A DNA stretch of 64,000 bases. Source: Klebsormidium nitens. Lineage: Eukaryota; Plantae; Klebsormidiophyceae. Made by a program: the position numbers and the translations under genes. Shown here piece by piece: positions 35,138-47,287 of the stretch. A model generated the notes under the pieces. The model was not told where the DNA came from and searched no databases. It saw nothing but the letters and a program-made list of their open reading frames with translations. Numbering within the stretch: position 1 is the first letter of the stretch; each line of letters begins with the position of its first letter. The stretch spans positions 28,417 to 92,416 of the forward strand of contig DF237311.1 in assembly GCA_000708835.1 (NCBI GenBank), in the 5' to 3' direction.

Positions 35138-36383
35138 CCATGATGGTTCTGGGCTGGCTATGAGCTGGTTTCAAAGTGCTCAAGTGCCCAGTAGCCAGGC
35201 TTGGGCCGTAACCAGCCTTGGAACAAGGTTAGATCCCAGTTACTGTCCATTGATCTGAGACTCGAGTCTGGAAATTCAGCAATATGGTTAGCAGCCAGAA
35301 CTTCTTGTGTAAGGCGCGTTTCGGCAGCATCAAGAACTGTTCAAAAGCGCCCGTATAGTCACATTGAGTTCGTAGAAAGGGCGTGAAAAGCTTCAGATGA
35401 GAGCCGCCGAAGACTTTGTGCGGCATACTATCACCTTGGATCGTTCGTACCTAGTTACGTTGAGAAGTAGATAACTTTCTTAAAGAGCTAGGTTAGGGTA
35501 GATTATACGGGACAGCAATACCCCAAGGTTAGCGTCACTCGTCCTGCTTATTTTGTCGCTTTGGATCTTACCAAATAGGTTCAGAGTAGAACGCATTCTT
35601 CAAGTTAGTCAAGATTGCTCCCGTCAAGCGGTCGTGATCTTCAGACTGAAGTCCCCTGTCGCAACCCCCTGTCGCTTCCATCAGTAGCTATTTAGCGCCT
35701 TTCCAATCGTTCCGTGCGCATCTCAAGCTGAACATAACTGGGCCGTCCAATCAACTTTTCCTTTTCTGCTTCTGAACCATCTCAGACCATCTAGTAAGTG
35801 CAGTTCGTTTGCCATACTGAGTGTCGTTTGATATCAGGTGATGATCATAGCCCCCCTTAATGGAGTCAGGACTCTCAGGCTCTTCTTAGCGATTGCATTT
35901 CTGGCCCTTCACTGATCTATCATACCGTCTTCCGCACTGTCCAAGTAACGTGTGACATTGAAAATTCAATTGATGCTAGATCAGCATAATGATAAGGAAC
36001 GGTCCTGAGAATTTCTAGCCCACCAAACATGTATATATAGCGCCCAGCCTGACTACACCAACATATCGACCTGACTCACCATATGTGTGATCCTGATAAC
36101 TCCTATCAAGCAATGTAAGCACTGGCATGCGCCCAGCTATTTGATCGAGTCACTCAAAACTGTCGCCACTTTCACGACCGTCATATCATAGACTTTGAGT
36201 CTTTCATTGTGATGCATGCCATGCAGGACGGTAAAGCTATGCAAACAACTGCATGGACTTTAATCGTGTAATCGCATCACTACGATCGTGCGGCGCGTGA
36301 TCGAAGGCTTAATTGCGAGTGCGACAAAACGTCCACACAATGATGGTGTTCAAGGCCAAGTTGCAGTCTACTTGCGTCCTTTA

Positions 36384-36719
36384 TCATGCGTGGCATCCCG
36401 CCAGAATCCCATCATATGTGTGCGGGCACTTGCCGACGATCAGCGCCAGCAGCCACTCGAGGTCCTCTTTGACAGCCGCCACTTCCGCTTCCGTTCCCAG
36501 GGCGTCCGTTCCGCTCACGCTCGACACCGTCACCGCCCCGCGGAACCTGTCGACGCGCATCACGTGGGCGATCCGCGTGGGGTTTGCGGAGCTGGGCAGG
36601 GCGGTGTTCAGGGCCGGTTCGGAGCTGTTTATATATTAAGTAGACGGTTATGTCGTTTGTGAAGAAATCAGGCGGCAAACAAACAGCCCCTGCAAGGAGA
36701 CGGCGGTGAAGGGAACCAC
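36384..36719 (-). pseudogene. Family-A copy A3, degenerate (multiple frameshifts)
   Basis: Minus-strand frames give VVPFTAVSLQGLFVCRLIS / FTNDITV / ...RIAHVMRVDRFRGAVTVSSVSGTDALGTEAEVAAVKEDLEWLLALIVGKCPHTYDGILAGCHA*. The 3' flank resembles that of A4. Confidence 0.8.
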
Positions 36720-37719
36720 GACGGTTTACTTCACAGTCACCGATGGAGGATAGCGATGATTCATAAAGTTGGAAGAAGCTACTACAACAAGTGTGCAGGT
36801 TTTAGTACCGCCTCCTTACACCGCCAGAAAGGAACGCAAAATTTTGGGCTTACATCTTGCGCCAGAAAGCATACGACCAGGAAAACGGAAGGTCGAAAAG
36901 ATTCACGTGGTTTGATTGGAAGGAACTGGCAAACTCAGAGGATTTTTCCTTTTGGTTAAGGTCCTAAGAAAAGAAAGTTAGTGAATGTGGTTTCTCGTCC
37001 AGGAACGCAATCTGAAGTGTACGTGAAACCAGATTCAATCCCCGACTTTGTTTTGAGTGGGTGCTCGAGCACGCGGGGTGAGCCGAGACATCGAGTCTCG
37101 CCACTCGTTTTATCGTTTGCATGATGAGTAGAGCGATCTATTTCTTTATGTGAGTGATATATTCCTTTATCCGAGTGATCCGGTTTACGTGACCGTCGCA
37201 AAATTAGGAGCATGATGACCGCATAAACAACGATGAACACCTTCTACTGTTGGAAAGGAGACAATCGAAAGCCGCTGTGGGGCTGTCACAACCATTTTCT
37301 GGGCTGAAACGCGCGACAAAAATGTTGGAAAGCAGGTCCTGAGAGACAGGTCTCGACAACAGGAACCGTGCAAAAGTAGAATACAAAGCCCCAGATCTGC
37401 TTTTCCAGGTTCGGAAAAGCGATGCGCAAACGAGGAAAAAGCGGGGCCCGTCTCATTCCACAGCTCGCGGAGACTTGGCCGAAGAGCTGGCCGCTTCGAG
37501 CACCCGTGCTGACGTCAGCGCTCGCTTCACTTACTTGAGCAGGGGTCTACACGCTCGAATCCCCTGTTCTGCCTTTGCTGCTCCGGCAAATGCAACCGGG
37601 GCCCGACCATCTGATTCTCCCGGTCTTGGTCGCGCTGGTGCCGCCGCCCACTGCATCTTCCAGGCCAGGTGTCTGACCCTCCGACCCCCCAAAGTCCGCA
37701 TCGCTAGCCCCGCCAACTC

Positions 37720-38210
37720 AAATCGAGGCCGGCCGTTTGGACCCCCGGTCAGCTTGCCTCCCCCGCCCTGACGCCATTTGCCCTGCCGCGCACCCCCTCA
37801 AGCGGAAATGTGGCCGTTAAGACCTCAGTGTTCGTCTCTCTGGGCGCTCCCCCTCCTACTGCAGGGGGCTGCCCGGTTTGGCTCCCCGGTCGGCTGCCCC
37901 CTGCCGCGCTGACGCCGTTGCTTCGCAGCACCCCCCCAGGGGAGTTTCTGGCCGTTCGATCGAGTCCGCCTCCCTCGGCGCTCCCCCGGGCTGCCTTTTT
38001 GGGTCCCCGGTCGGCCTTCCCCCGACCCCGCCCCACGCTGCCGCTCACTGCTCGTCCCCGGTCAAGGGTCTGGCCGTTCGAGCCCCCGGTTCAGCTTCCT
38101 CCGGCCGCTTCCACGATGGCCCGCCCGGCCGGCCTGTCTCAGTCCTGCTCGCACCCCCGCTTGCCTCACCCCCCCAATCAAAAAATCTGGCAGTTCGATC
38201 CCCCGAGTCC
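37720..38210. repeat. C-rich degenerate tandem repeats (~120-bp period) built on TGGCCGTTCGA-CCCCCGG
   Basis: Motif at 37731, 37811, 37949, 38071 and 38188. The overlapping Pro-rich ORFs look like low-complexity artefacts. Confidence 0.5.
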
Positions 38211-40213
38211 ACTTTCTCCGGGGGCTCCAACTCCAACCGGGGGCTGGCTATCCCCCATGCCAGGCCGGCCTGTCCCCTGTCCCGCCCGCACTCCCGCTCA
38301 CCGCAAGGTCCCCAACGAGAAGTGGTTCACTTTTTCTCCCTGCTGTGCTCAGGGATCCGTCAGCCGAAACCCCCCGGTCCGAGGGTAGCACTCTTCCCGA
38401 TCGAACTGGTCATGGCTCGAGATCTGCGAGGCCTGTGTTCCGAAATGGAAGGTCAGACGTTATTGAATGCGGGGCGGCTTCTCGGAAGCATGGCAAGTAC
38501 GGCATGGTAAAGAAGAACCCGGCATTTTCGGCCGCCTCAAATATCCACCAAGCGTGCTCGTTCGGATTGCAAGTGGCAACGAAAAAGAGAGGCAGAAAAG
38601 CGACGATCGTCGAGGAGCGCAGAACAGCTCTGAAGAAAAAGGGAGCGGGACTCAAGAGAATCTGACCTTGCAGGAAGACAATGTGGGAAGGGAATTGTGC
38701 TTGCCCCTCAAGCAAATGTGGGCGGCCAATCGGGAACGAGGGGGCGGTTCTCAAAGCTCTCATTTCGGCTCGCTTTGCATCTGCAAAGAATGCAAGGACG
38801 AAAAGGGGTCAGGGGGCTCAGGCTAGCGCAAGCCCTGGTCCCGGGGGCAGTCCTCGCAGCACGCAAGGGTGCAAAGCGCTCTGCCATCTACTCGATAGGC
38901 TGCTTTGCAAGGTGACGTCAACGTCCTGCAAAAAGCCCTCATCTTTGAAATTTGGACCAACGCGCTGAGCAAAGCACGAAGGTGGGGGGGACAAGGAAAG
39001 CCCAGAATGTCCCTGAGGAGACAAAAGGTCTATGCCCCCGCCACTGCCTTTGCGGTAGTACGTGGGAAAAGAGTAGACTTCATTTGTATGCAGGAGCTTG
39101 AGCATTCCAGCAAAGGAACTTGCAGTCTGCAAAAAATGAGGTCATCAACATGGCAGTTAAGCGAATGTGGATTGAGTGACGTGCTCGAGACAACGCGCCC
39201 ATCTGATCCAGGACGCCACACTCGTATGTTTCTGGATACTGTTGCGCAGTACTGATCAAGAGGAGGTGTATCAACTGATGTAAGCACAAGTCGGTCTTAC
39301 ACCTGGTAACCGTGATTGATCATAGAGCGCAGCTTCTGATACCCCCCACCTGTCTAGCCTCACCTTAATAAAGATTGAAGCATCCCTTGCTTGCAAGGTT
39401 CTGAAGGTTGACATGAAAAGACCATCACCGTAGAAACCCACCTGCACTACAATTGTGCGCTTCTGCCAAGCTCATGACTTTAGATTCCTCCAAGCTTTGG
39501 AAAAAAGCTTGGAGGACAAAGGCTGATCGCGATTGAATTACGTGGCGCAGCTACTGCAACATGTTCAAAGTCATCACATGTAAATTGTGTAGGACCTGCA
39601 AGCAGACCTCACAGACCTGCGCAGACCAGGCTCGTCTTTTGATATCTCTGGACATTGAACAGCGAAGCCTGGCCGGGATGCGGAGAAGTTGTCCAGGCGC
39701 TACTAGTGGTGCTGATGTGCTGATCAACTCCGAAGGCCCAATGGCAAGGGTGATCCCCCGGCGACGATTCCCAAGTCTTTTTTAAGATTAGATTTTAGGG
39801 TTTTTTTTTACCCTAACCTGAAGTTTTAATCTTCGAGTTTGGGAGTCTTCGAAAACGACACCATCCGACTGCAGGTAGAGCCAGGTATTCGAACCCGTGC
39901 ATTTTCCTGTTCCTTTCCCGTCTTGCAACGGCGACTCGTGGCACGGAGTGGTTCTCCGGGCGAGAGATTTTATGGTATTGTGTCAAGCTTAGGGACTTCA
40001 TAACCTGTACAGGCTGTCACCACAGTTTGAATCTACCTATTAAACGCAAAAGTTGCTGTGCATGGACCGCATCTGACAGGTGTCAGGATGATCCCTGTAG
40101 ATGTTGTCATTATCATTAAAATGAGAGGGCTCCCGGCTTGGGCTCAGCTTCCTTCATTTTTGCAGAGGGCCAGGGCCCAGGGGGCAGGGGCAAGAAAGCG
40201 CCGCTTAGACGCG

Positions 40214-41227
40214 ATGGGGGCCCGCAGTCTCTTGGGCGCCTGGCATGTGTCAGCCTTCTCAATTGTCCTAATTGCTGCGGCGCTGTTTGTCCAGGGAGGG
40301 GAGTCGCTGACGGTTGAGACCACCTACCGCGTTCACGTGAATGGCAGCACCAGCTTGCCGGATCCAAGTCCTCTTAACGCCTTTCTGCTGAGTCACAGCA
40401 CATCGCTTAACCCGCTGCTGCCTGACCACCCTCCAGTCCAGCTGCAGCTCTGCAACTCCAGGGTTTATTCCCAACCCTTTGATTTCTACACGCTGCAGCA
40501 CCCGGGGGGTTGTGCCAGCGCACCAGGGTGGATAACGAGCAAGTCAGTAGGTGCGAGGGTGCTTGAAGCAATCTGGCTGGCATGGGGTGCGGTCCTTGTA
40601 GCTGGGCTGGTTCTCACTTGGGTGATTCCCTCCAGGATGTCTGCTCTTAAGGGATGGGCAGTCCGCTGTTGCTATAGCTTGGTGCCCGCCAGTCCGGAGC
40701 GCATAAAGATTCCAGCAGACATCATTGCGGCCTCTCCATGCCTGAGGGTAACCGCGGTGTTTCCATTGTTTATCCTGATAGCCCTTCTCAACTTTTCATA
40801 CGCTGCGATGGACAAACTCCTCCCAGCCCCGCTGCCCGATCCTGCCAGCCTGAACGCCTTTCTCCATTCCAGCGGCCAAAACATAACGCTCAGCCTCTGC
40901 ACCATCAGGAGAGACTTTCAAGTCTACATAGGGTTCTCAGACAGCTGCAACCAGCTGTCAGCCTCCCTCTATCCAGATCTTAGCACCACATGCGACGAAA
41001 CAACAATCGACACCAGAGTCCAAGACACTTTTAGTCATGGCTTGGCAGTGGCCATTTTGACGTTCTTTGCCGGCTTTTTCACATGCCTCTCCTGGCTGGT
41101 TATCGCCATAGGGGCACTTGCATACTTTGCAGCGGTCGTATACTTTTGTTGCTGTGGCCGACGTCCGGGCAAAGTGCACGATGTCGAGATGCAGGACGCC
41201 GCCAGCACATCAGGTCTGGTCGTCTGA
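40214..41227 (+). CDS. Family-B copy B4, intact 337-aa intronless membrane glycoprotein (signal peptide, LPDP ectodomain 1, TM, loop, TM, LPDP ectodomain 2, hydrophobic segment, Cys cluster)
   Basis: Uninterrupted ORF from MGARSLLG. It contains VNGSTSLPDPSPLNAFL...LQLC...FDFYTLQHPGGC and PLPDPASLNAFL...NITLSLC...FQVYIGFSDSC and ends FCCCGRRPGKVHDVEMQD. Confidence 0.88.
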   Translation: MGARSLLGAWHVSAFSIVLIAAALFVQGGESLTVETTYRVHVNGSTSLPDPSPLNAFLLSHSTSLNPLLPDHPPVQLQLCNSRVYSQPFDFYTLQHPGGCASAPGWITSKSVGARVLEAIWLAWGAVLVAGLVLTWVIPSRMSALKGWAVRCCYSLVPASPERIKIPADIIAASPCLRVTAVFPLFILIALLNFSYAAMDKLLPAPLPDPASLNAFLHSSGQNITLSLCTIRRDFQVYIGFSDSCNQLSASLYPDLSTTCDETTIDTRVQDTFSHGLAVAILTFFAGFFTCLSWLVIAIGALAYFAAVVYFCCCGRRPGKVHDVEMQDAASTSGLVV

Positions 41228-42271
41228 TGAAGAGACACTTGTGCGGGAAGTCTTGAGGAGGAGTATGCATGTGCTTTTTAGGCCTTCTTGAGGTGGAACC
41301 ATAAGGCTTGTATAAAGACAGCACGATAGTTCACTAGCAAAGGCTAAGAGCCACAATTTGAATGACATAGGCTTGTATTTATAAATAAGTCCCAGGGTTG
41401 TTGTCAAACTTTCAAAGCACAGAGTAATCATAACTGGTGTAAAGTACTGAGGTACGTACACGGACAGAACGTCGGACATGTTTGGAGAAAGTTCAGGGCT
41501 GTACGTTTTGCAGACACACTGACAAGTACGAGTCTGAGCAAGGGCCGGAATGCTTTTTCTTCTTCTACTAACTTTTGATCCACCTAGTATGTACAAAATT
41601 TTCGTAAACTCTGTTCGTCATACTGAGTCAGTGTCGTTTACCATTTCGTACTATCTAGCTAGAGCCCCTGGTGGGATCCGGACTCCCTTTTCGATGATCA
41701 TTTGCAGTTCTGGCCCTCTGTACTGATCCATCTGTCACAGCCGCCCGTCTTTCGCAACATGAGAACGTGTGAAACAATAAAACTAACTCTGATAGATTGC
41801 ACTATGATGATCGAGGTCCCGAGCTGAGCACTTAGTCCATAGAACTTTCTCACCAAGCATGTGCATGTCTAGTGCCCAGCCTGAGCTGATTAGTAAATAC
41901 TCAACGTACGCGGTAATCACCGACCTACTCAGTACCTGTGCTCTTGATGATTCATGGCAGGCACATGCGGCACGGGCGAGCAGGTTGATCAAATCAAATT
42001 GAGAGTGTCGCCATATGCACAAGTTAAGTACGATCATGTATAGACGTTGAGCCGCACCGTTCATTTACATGTATGCTGCACAATAATCAATTTAACTCTG
42101 CAAAGTCCTGCATGGACGGATATGATCTCGTGACTCGTTCATTGCTGCGAGCACGCGGCGCATGACTGAATGCTCGAATGCAAGTGCGACAAAACTTGAA
42201 ACCACACACTAATGATGGCCGCGCTACTCTCAGGTGTTCAAGGCCTCGTGGCGGTCTAGCTCCATCTCTTA

Positions 42272-43738
42272 TCATGCGTGGCATCCCGCCAGAATCCCAT
42301 CATATGTGTGCGGGCACCGGCCGCAGATCAGCGCGAGCAGCCATTCAAGGTCCTCTTTGACCGCCGCCACTTCCGGTTGCGTTCCCAAAGCGTCCGTTCC
42401 GCTCGAGCTCCACACCGTTGCGGCCCCGCGGAACTCGCCGATGCGCACCACGTGTCCAGTCCCCACGTGAGCAATCTCCGTATACCAGAGCGAGATTGTG
42501 GGGTTTGGGGGGGTGATGAACCTGGGCAAATCGGCCAGGGTTCGGTTTGGGGCAAGTTTGAATCCGACGGTCATGTCGTGTGTGAAGACGGAGATCAGAC
42601 GGTAGAGAAACAGCCCCGACGAGATGGCCGCGCACAAGGGGACCATCTCGCCTCCGACGTTCTCAGGGCACGCCTGAGGAAAAGGAGACAGATTGAGTCT
42701 GTAAGTGATTCAACAGGAGCTAGGCATAATGATCGGAGGACTGGAAAGTCGACAAAGTCGATTTTCAGCTGAAGCATCCGCTCGTTGGCTTCCATTATCC
42801 ACACGGAAGCGAAAGACTGCTTCACTTGGTATGCGGAAGTGACGGAGAGCGAGTGGCCGCATGATCCATAGGGTTCGTTCTTCGATAATGTGCTGAAACT
42901 CAGACCGCGTTTAGGATATCTTCTTAGAGAGCAAGAAGCACTTCCAAAGCCCTTCAACAGAAACCGTTGGCTGCCGGCGTGCTCAAAAGCGAAGAAGAGG
43001 AAGAACGCTATCATCACAAAATCATTACGAAGGTACTAATGCAGATGGTTGCAACATTACCTGATTGGTTGATACACGCTCGGAGAAGTCCTGAAGCTTC
43101 TCCTCAAGTTCGCAAATGCAGACTCTTCTGGACGGAGGATCAACGGTGACCGTGAAGCTCTCCTGATGAGTCCGTTCCGATCTGCAGAAGACAATCAGGT
43201 GGATGCATTCTAGCTTCGAGATGCTTCCGAGCTTACTTTACACTCCGAATCCTGCTTCGCCTTTCCGCGGGCAAGCTGGCTCGCCCGCCTTTGATATACT
43301 TTGATACACAGCTATTGTCTTCTGCCGCTCAGGCTCGGGCATCGCTAGGCTTAGACTTGCGCTTGGTGACGTGGCTCCACTAAACAAACTGAAGCAGGAG
43401 CGTCACATACACCTGGAAAAGCCGGAAGTGTCATAGGCAAGAAGGACGCTTCATCGGGTATGGCTTGCTTCGGAGAGAATTGAAAGCATACCAAAATCAT
43501 TTGTTCCAGCTTTGGCGAACGAGTAGAACAGCAAACAGGCGCCAGTTGGCCCTTACGTGTCAGGTTCTGGCACCGTCGTCCAGCGCTCGCGCACCCGGAC
43601 TATGTTGTCGCAGTCTTCTTGCGAAGCACCCTGGGGCCCTGCGTAAACCGGGTCCACCACATACCGCTCAAACTGCACGTGCAGTTTGAGCGGTATGAGT
43701 CTGCTGAGGACCTGGTGCACCAGGTCCTCAGCAGACAT
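42272..43738 (-). CDS. Family-A copy A4; exons 43738(or upstream)-43557 and 42698-42272 (202 aa from M43738), N-terminus F-box-like
   Basis: Phase-2 splice EPD ac|GTAAG...ttacAG|a ctc gives an open 609-nt CDS. EDLVHQVLSRL resembles the start of an F-box motif. The last exon is near-identical to A1. Confidence 0.7.
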
Positions 43739-44166
43739 CCTGGACCAACGGCCGACTAGACAGGCGAGAACGAGCCCAACCAGAATGACGGTAGCCCATG
43801 CTAGCCAGATTGATTCAAGCGTCTTAGCAGCTGCTGGTTTGCTCCTTATCAGCCCCGGCGCGCTGGCACAACCCCCAGGGTGCTGCAGCGTGTAGAAGTC
43901 AAAGGATTGGGAGTAAATGCTAGAGTCGCAAAGCTGCAGCTGGACTGGAGGGTGGTTAGGTAGCAGCGGGCCGGGTTAACCGAACCACTCTGCTTACGCA
44001 GGAAGGCGTTCAGGAGACTTGGATCCGGCAAGGTGGTGCTGCCATTGACGTGAACAGTGACCTCAAGCGTTAGCGACTCCCCTTCCTGAACAAACACCGC
44101 AGCGATAAAGACAAGCTTGAAAAGGGCTGACAACTTCCAGGAGCCTAAGAGACTGCGGGGCGCCAT
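43710..44166 (-). pseudogene. Family-B copy B5, N-terminal half only (signal peptide, ectodomain 1, TM1), with a 5-bp insertion at 43968-43975, fused to the A4 exon
   Basis: MAPRSLLGSW...VNGSTTLPDPSLLNAFL, then after the frameshift LLPNHPPVQLQLC...LQHPGGCASAPG...IWLAWATVILVGLVLACLVGRWSRMSA. Homology to B4 stops abruptly after ccaggatgtctgct. Confidence 0.82.
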
Positions 44167-46285
44167 ATTCGTGCCTCAGCGGCACTTGTCCTGCCCCGAG
44201 TCTAGCCTATGCGACAGAAGCGCCCAAATCGGTTGCGTCCGGCCAGCTTGCAGTTCAGTCTGAATCACGATTGGTCAGTGCTGACACAGAGGCCCCAAAG
44301 AGGATCGAAAGCCGCGTCTCCGCGCGGCCGCACTTCAGCGGGTTTCGAGATTCTAAATTCCCGGCCTGAGCCATGATACTGAGCGGCCGCCGTAAATGCG
44401 CAGCCGCGGCCCGGCCTGCCGCGACACCGCCGCACGCAGCGGTCGATGCGCTAAGTAGGCGGCGCCGTCGTTCGAATTGAGAGATTCAAAGCCCAAGGGA
44501 ACGGATACAAACGTACGTACGATGGTACGACGGTACGTCCTGGCGGGCCTCCATAGACAGGGTTACCACTTGCGAGCTCCGAGCTGCATTCGAGTGCTTC
44601 CGAGTACTGTTCGTGTGTCCCCGGGATTCTTGGTTGGACGAGGCCAAAATGTGTGGTCATTTGCAGGACGCACAAGAGTTACTCGACTGCTTACGGTCAA
44701 GAATGCAATGATCAGTCACAAAACCTCGCCAACTGAGACGGGCGCGAAACAAGCAAAGCAATGACCGCCAGACCGGGGCCAGATCTCAGCACTCAAGGAC
44801 CGAAAGATTCTTTTTGACCGCCATCCCTTTGCCCTGCTAGTGCCTGTAAATTACAAGAGCTTGACGGAGATGCAGGAGATGCGTTGCTTTACTGCTTTAC
44901 TGGTTTACTGCATGCTTGTGACCCGTTTTAGATTCACAGCACCAGTCCGGTCTCGCTTCAGGAACAAGCCAATCATGTCACAAGTTCCACCGGCGTATTA
45001 TGATGCGAGCCGCATAATGGTTCGCGGCAAGCTCGCAGCGCCGTTCGTTGCATAAGATTATACTTCAGTAGATCTGCGGGGAAAACAGGAACGCTACAAG
45101 ATTTGCAAATGCTCAAGCAAAACGGCTTTTGAATCAATGCTTGAAAGTAGTCTCAGGCTGTGTCGACCTGGTGCGTCAATATTGAGCCGTCGGATGGACG
45201 TTCGTCTGGTTCCGCATTGAAGATATGCGCGAACAGGTCGCAGTGACTTGGAATTGAAGGGGTGGAATCAAGGCCCACGCTAGTCGGATCTGCCCATAGT
45301 CGACTCAGGAAACGCACCTATGATTGCTATTCGGCTGAAAACATGGATGGGCAAATATTAAGTACTCGGAAACTCATTCTCAGATGTGCAATATACTCGG
45401 CTGGCTACCTCCGGAAACGCATACATCTGCTCGCATGTCGCACTTCCCTATTCATTTGCATCAACGACACAGAGTCCGGAGTACTTATGATTTCCTATTA
45501 CCGATTGGTCTGTAGAAAGCGAGATGGTGCAGGGGATACGAGGATGAATAGCAAGTCAACAGCCCACCAGCTTTTAAGCAGGCGCTTTTTGCCAAGCAGT
45601 CGGAAGTAGGACTTTTTGCAGCGCTTCGCTACCTCAGTTCTGATTACGATTTTGAGGACCCGACTTCACTTGATTATCATTCCGTCTCAATTTTGGGTCC
45701 TAACCAGAAGCTCGCACATAAACCTAATGGGCAGCACGGTTCTAAGAACGCCCTACAAAAACACTTTAGTTTTGAAAGGGAAGTTATACGGCTTTGCCCA
45801 CAGGACGTCCATAACATGCGAAGGGCGTCAGATCAAACGAAAGAAGGAAATTGCACCGCTTCTCTGCCTGTCAACTTTGCTGCTATTTGGAGAATCCTTC
45901 AAAAGCTGTCCAGGAATCCACCTAATAAGCAAAGTCTGATCTGCCACGAAGTATTGGATTCGGATTCAAAGGTGCCCGAGCTATCAAGTATGATAAGCAA
46001 CGTTAACGAAACAACTATAAGCCTTTCTCAAGGGTGTTCAGCAGGGCTCTTCCTATCGTTTGACCAAAGCGGGCGGCCATATTGAGAAAAACTCACGGCT
46101 ACCAAGAACAGAAGCTATGAAAGAATCTGAAGAAACTGTGAGTGTCACTTTCTTCCTTGAGGTATTGTACGCTATGCACCCTTGAGGGAATCTATGCTAA
46201 TTACCCTTGAAAGTAACTAGGTACGCGACTACTCTCAAATACCGTTTCTGTTCTAGCACTTCCAAGGTCTTTTGCGGACCTGACG

Positions 46286-47287
46286 CTACACCGCTGATCC
46301 AGCAGGGGCCTGCATCTCGATGCTATACACCTTCTGCCGGAGGAAACAGCAGCGGTACAGGAGTCCAGCAGAATGACAAACCAGCCCTGCGATGATACAG
46401 GCCCAGGAGGTGAAACTCATCCAAGCAGCCGCAAACAGCAGAGCGCTCATCCCAGAGCTATGCCTGAAGGCGTGGTCATTGTCCTTGGTTAAGCTGATCC
46501 CAGGGTAGAGAAAGTCCCCAACTTGGTTGCAGCTATCGGAGAACCCTATGTAGACCTGAAACGCGCCTCTGACGGTGCAAAGGTGAAGCGTTAAGTTCTG
46601 ACCACTGGAGAGGAGGAAGGGGTTCAGGGTTGCTGGATCAGGGAGTGCTGCGGAGTTGAGGGGGATTTGTCCAAGGCCAATTGGAGGTGGGGCCAGGTAC
46701 CAGATGGGGGTTAGGTATGCAATCTCCACAATCAATACCGTAACAGTCACGGTATAATTCACAAGGAGATTCTTTGGGGCACGCCCGCCAAAGTAAGCTT
46801 CAAGTTGCTTCGGGAATCCGAAGAATATATTGGCTGCCCACCATCCCCAAGGGGACTTGAAGCAGGTAGTACCTATGAGCGAAACTAGGTACAGCGCAAA
46901 AGCTAAGGGAGCCCAGATCAGCAAGACTATCTCCAATCTCTGGACAGCTTTGCCTGTCTTCTTAACCAGCTCCGGTGCCTTCTTACAACCTCCGGGGTGC
47001 TGCAGCGTGTAATATTGGAATGAGTTGGCAATTGTGCTGGCGTTACAGAGCTGAAGCTGGACTGGGGGCCTGTGTGGGAGAAGGGGATTGGTCATACTGC
47101 TGTTGCTTTGCAGAAAGGCGTTTACCATGGAAGGATCGGGCAGGCTGGTGCTGCCGTTGACCTGAAGGGTGACCTCAAGCTTCATCGCCTCCCCTTTCCC
47201 AATGGATGCAACAGCAACAAGTAGGCAGATCATGACTGCCATCTCAAAGCACGCGGATCTGAAGAGCTTGCAGAAGATTGGTTCCAT
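46286..47287 (-). CDS. Family-B copy B6, intact 333-aa membrane glycoprotein
   Basis: Full ORF with signal peptide, both LPDP repeats, conserved Cys pairs, N-glycosylation sequons and the tail RCCFLRQKVYSIEMQAPAGSAV*. Confidence 0.88.
   Translation of the reverse strand: MEPIFCKLFRSACFEMAVMICLLVAVASIGKGEAMKLEVTLQVNGSTSLPDPSMVNAFLQSNSSMTNPLLPHRPPVQLQLCNASTIANSFQYYTLQHPGGCKKAPELVKKTGKAVQRLEIVLLIWAPLAFALYLVSLIGTTCFKSPWGWWAANIFFGFPKQLEAYFGGRAPKNLLVNYTVTVTVLIVEIAYLTPIWYLAPPPIGLGQIPLNSAALPDPATLNPFLLSSGQNLTLHLCTVRGAFQVYIGFSDSCNQVGDFLYPGISLTKDNDHAFRHSSGMSALLFAAAWMSFTSWACIIAGLVCHSAGLLYRCCFLRQKVYSIEMQAPAGSAV

Noticed and set aside
37475-38510. Pro-rich ORFs (192 aa, 210 aa) as extensin-like genes
   Set aside because: All frames are open because of C-rich repeats; no signal peptide, no SPPPP periodicity, no clear splice context.
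39797-39804. TTTAGGG plant telomere-like motif
   Set aside because: Single copy, not an array.
40058-40213. 52-aa N-terminal extension of B4 from a GTG start
   Set aside because: Paralog B5 starts at the homologous ATG (MAPRSLLG / MGARSLLG), and the signal peptide begins at 40214.
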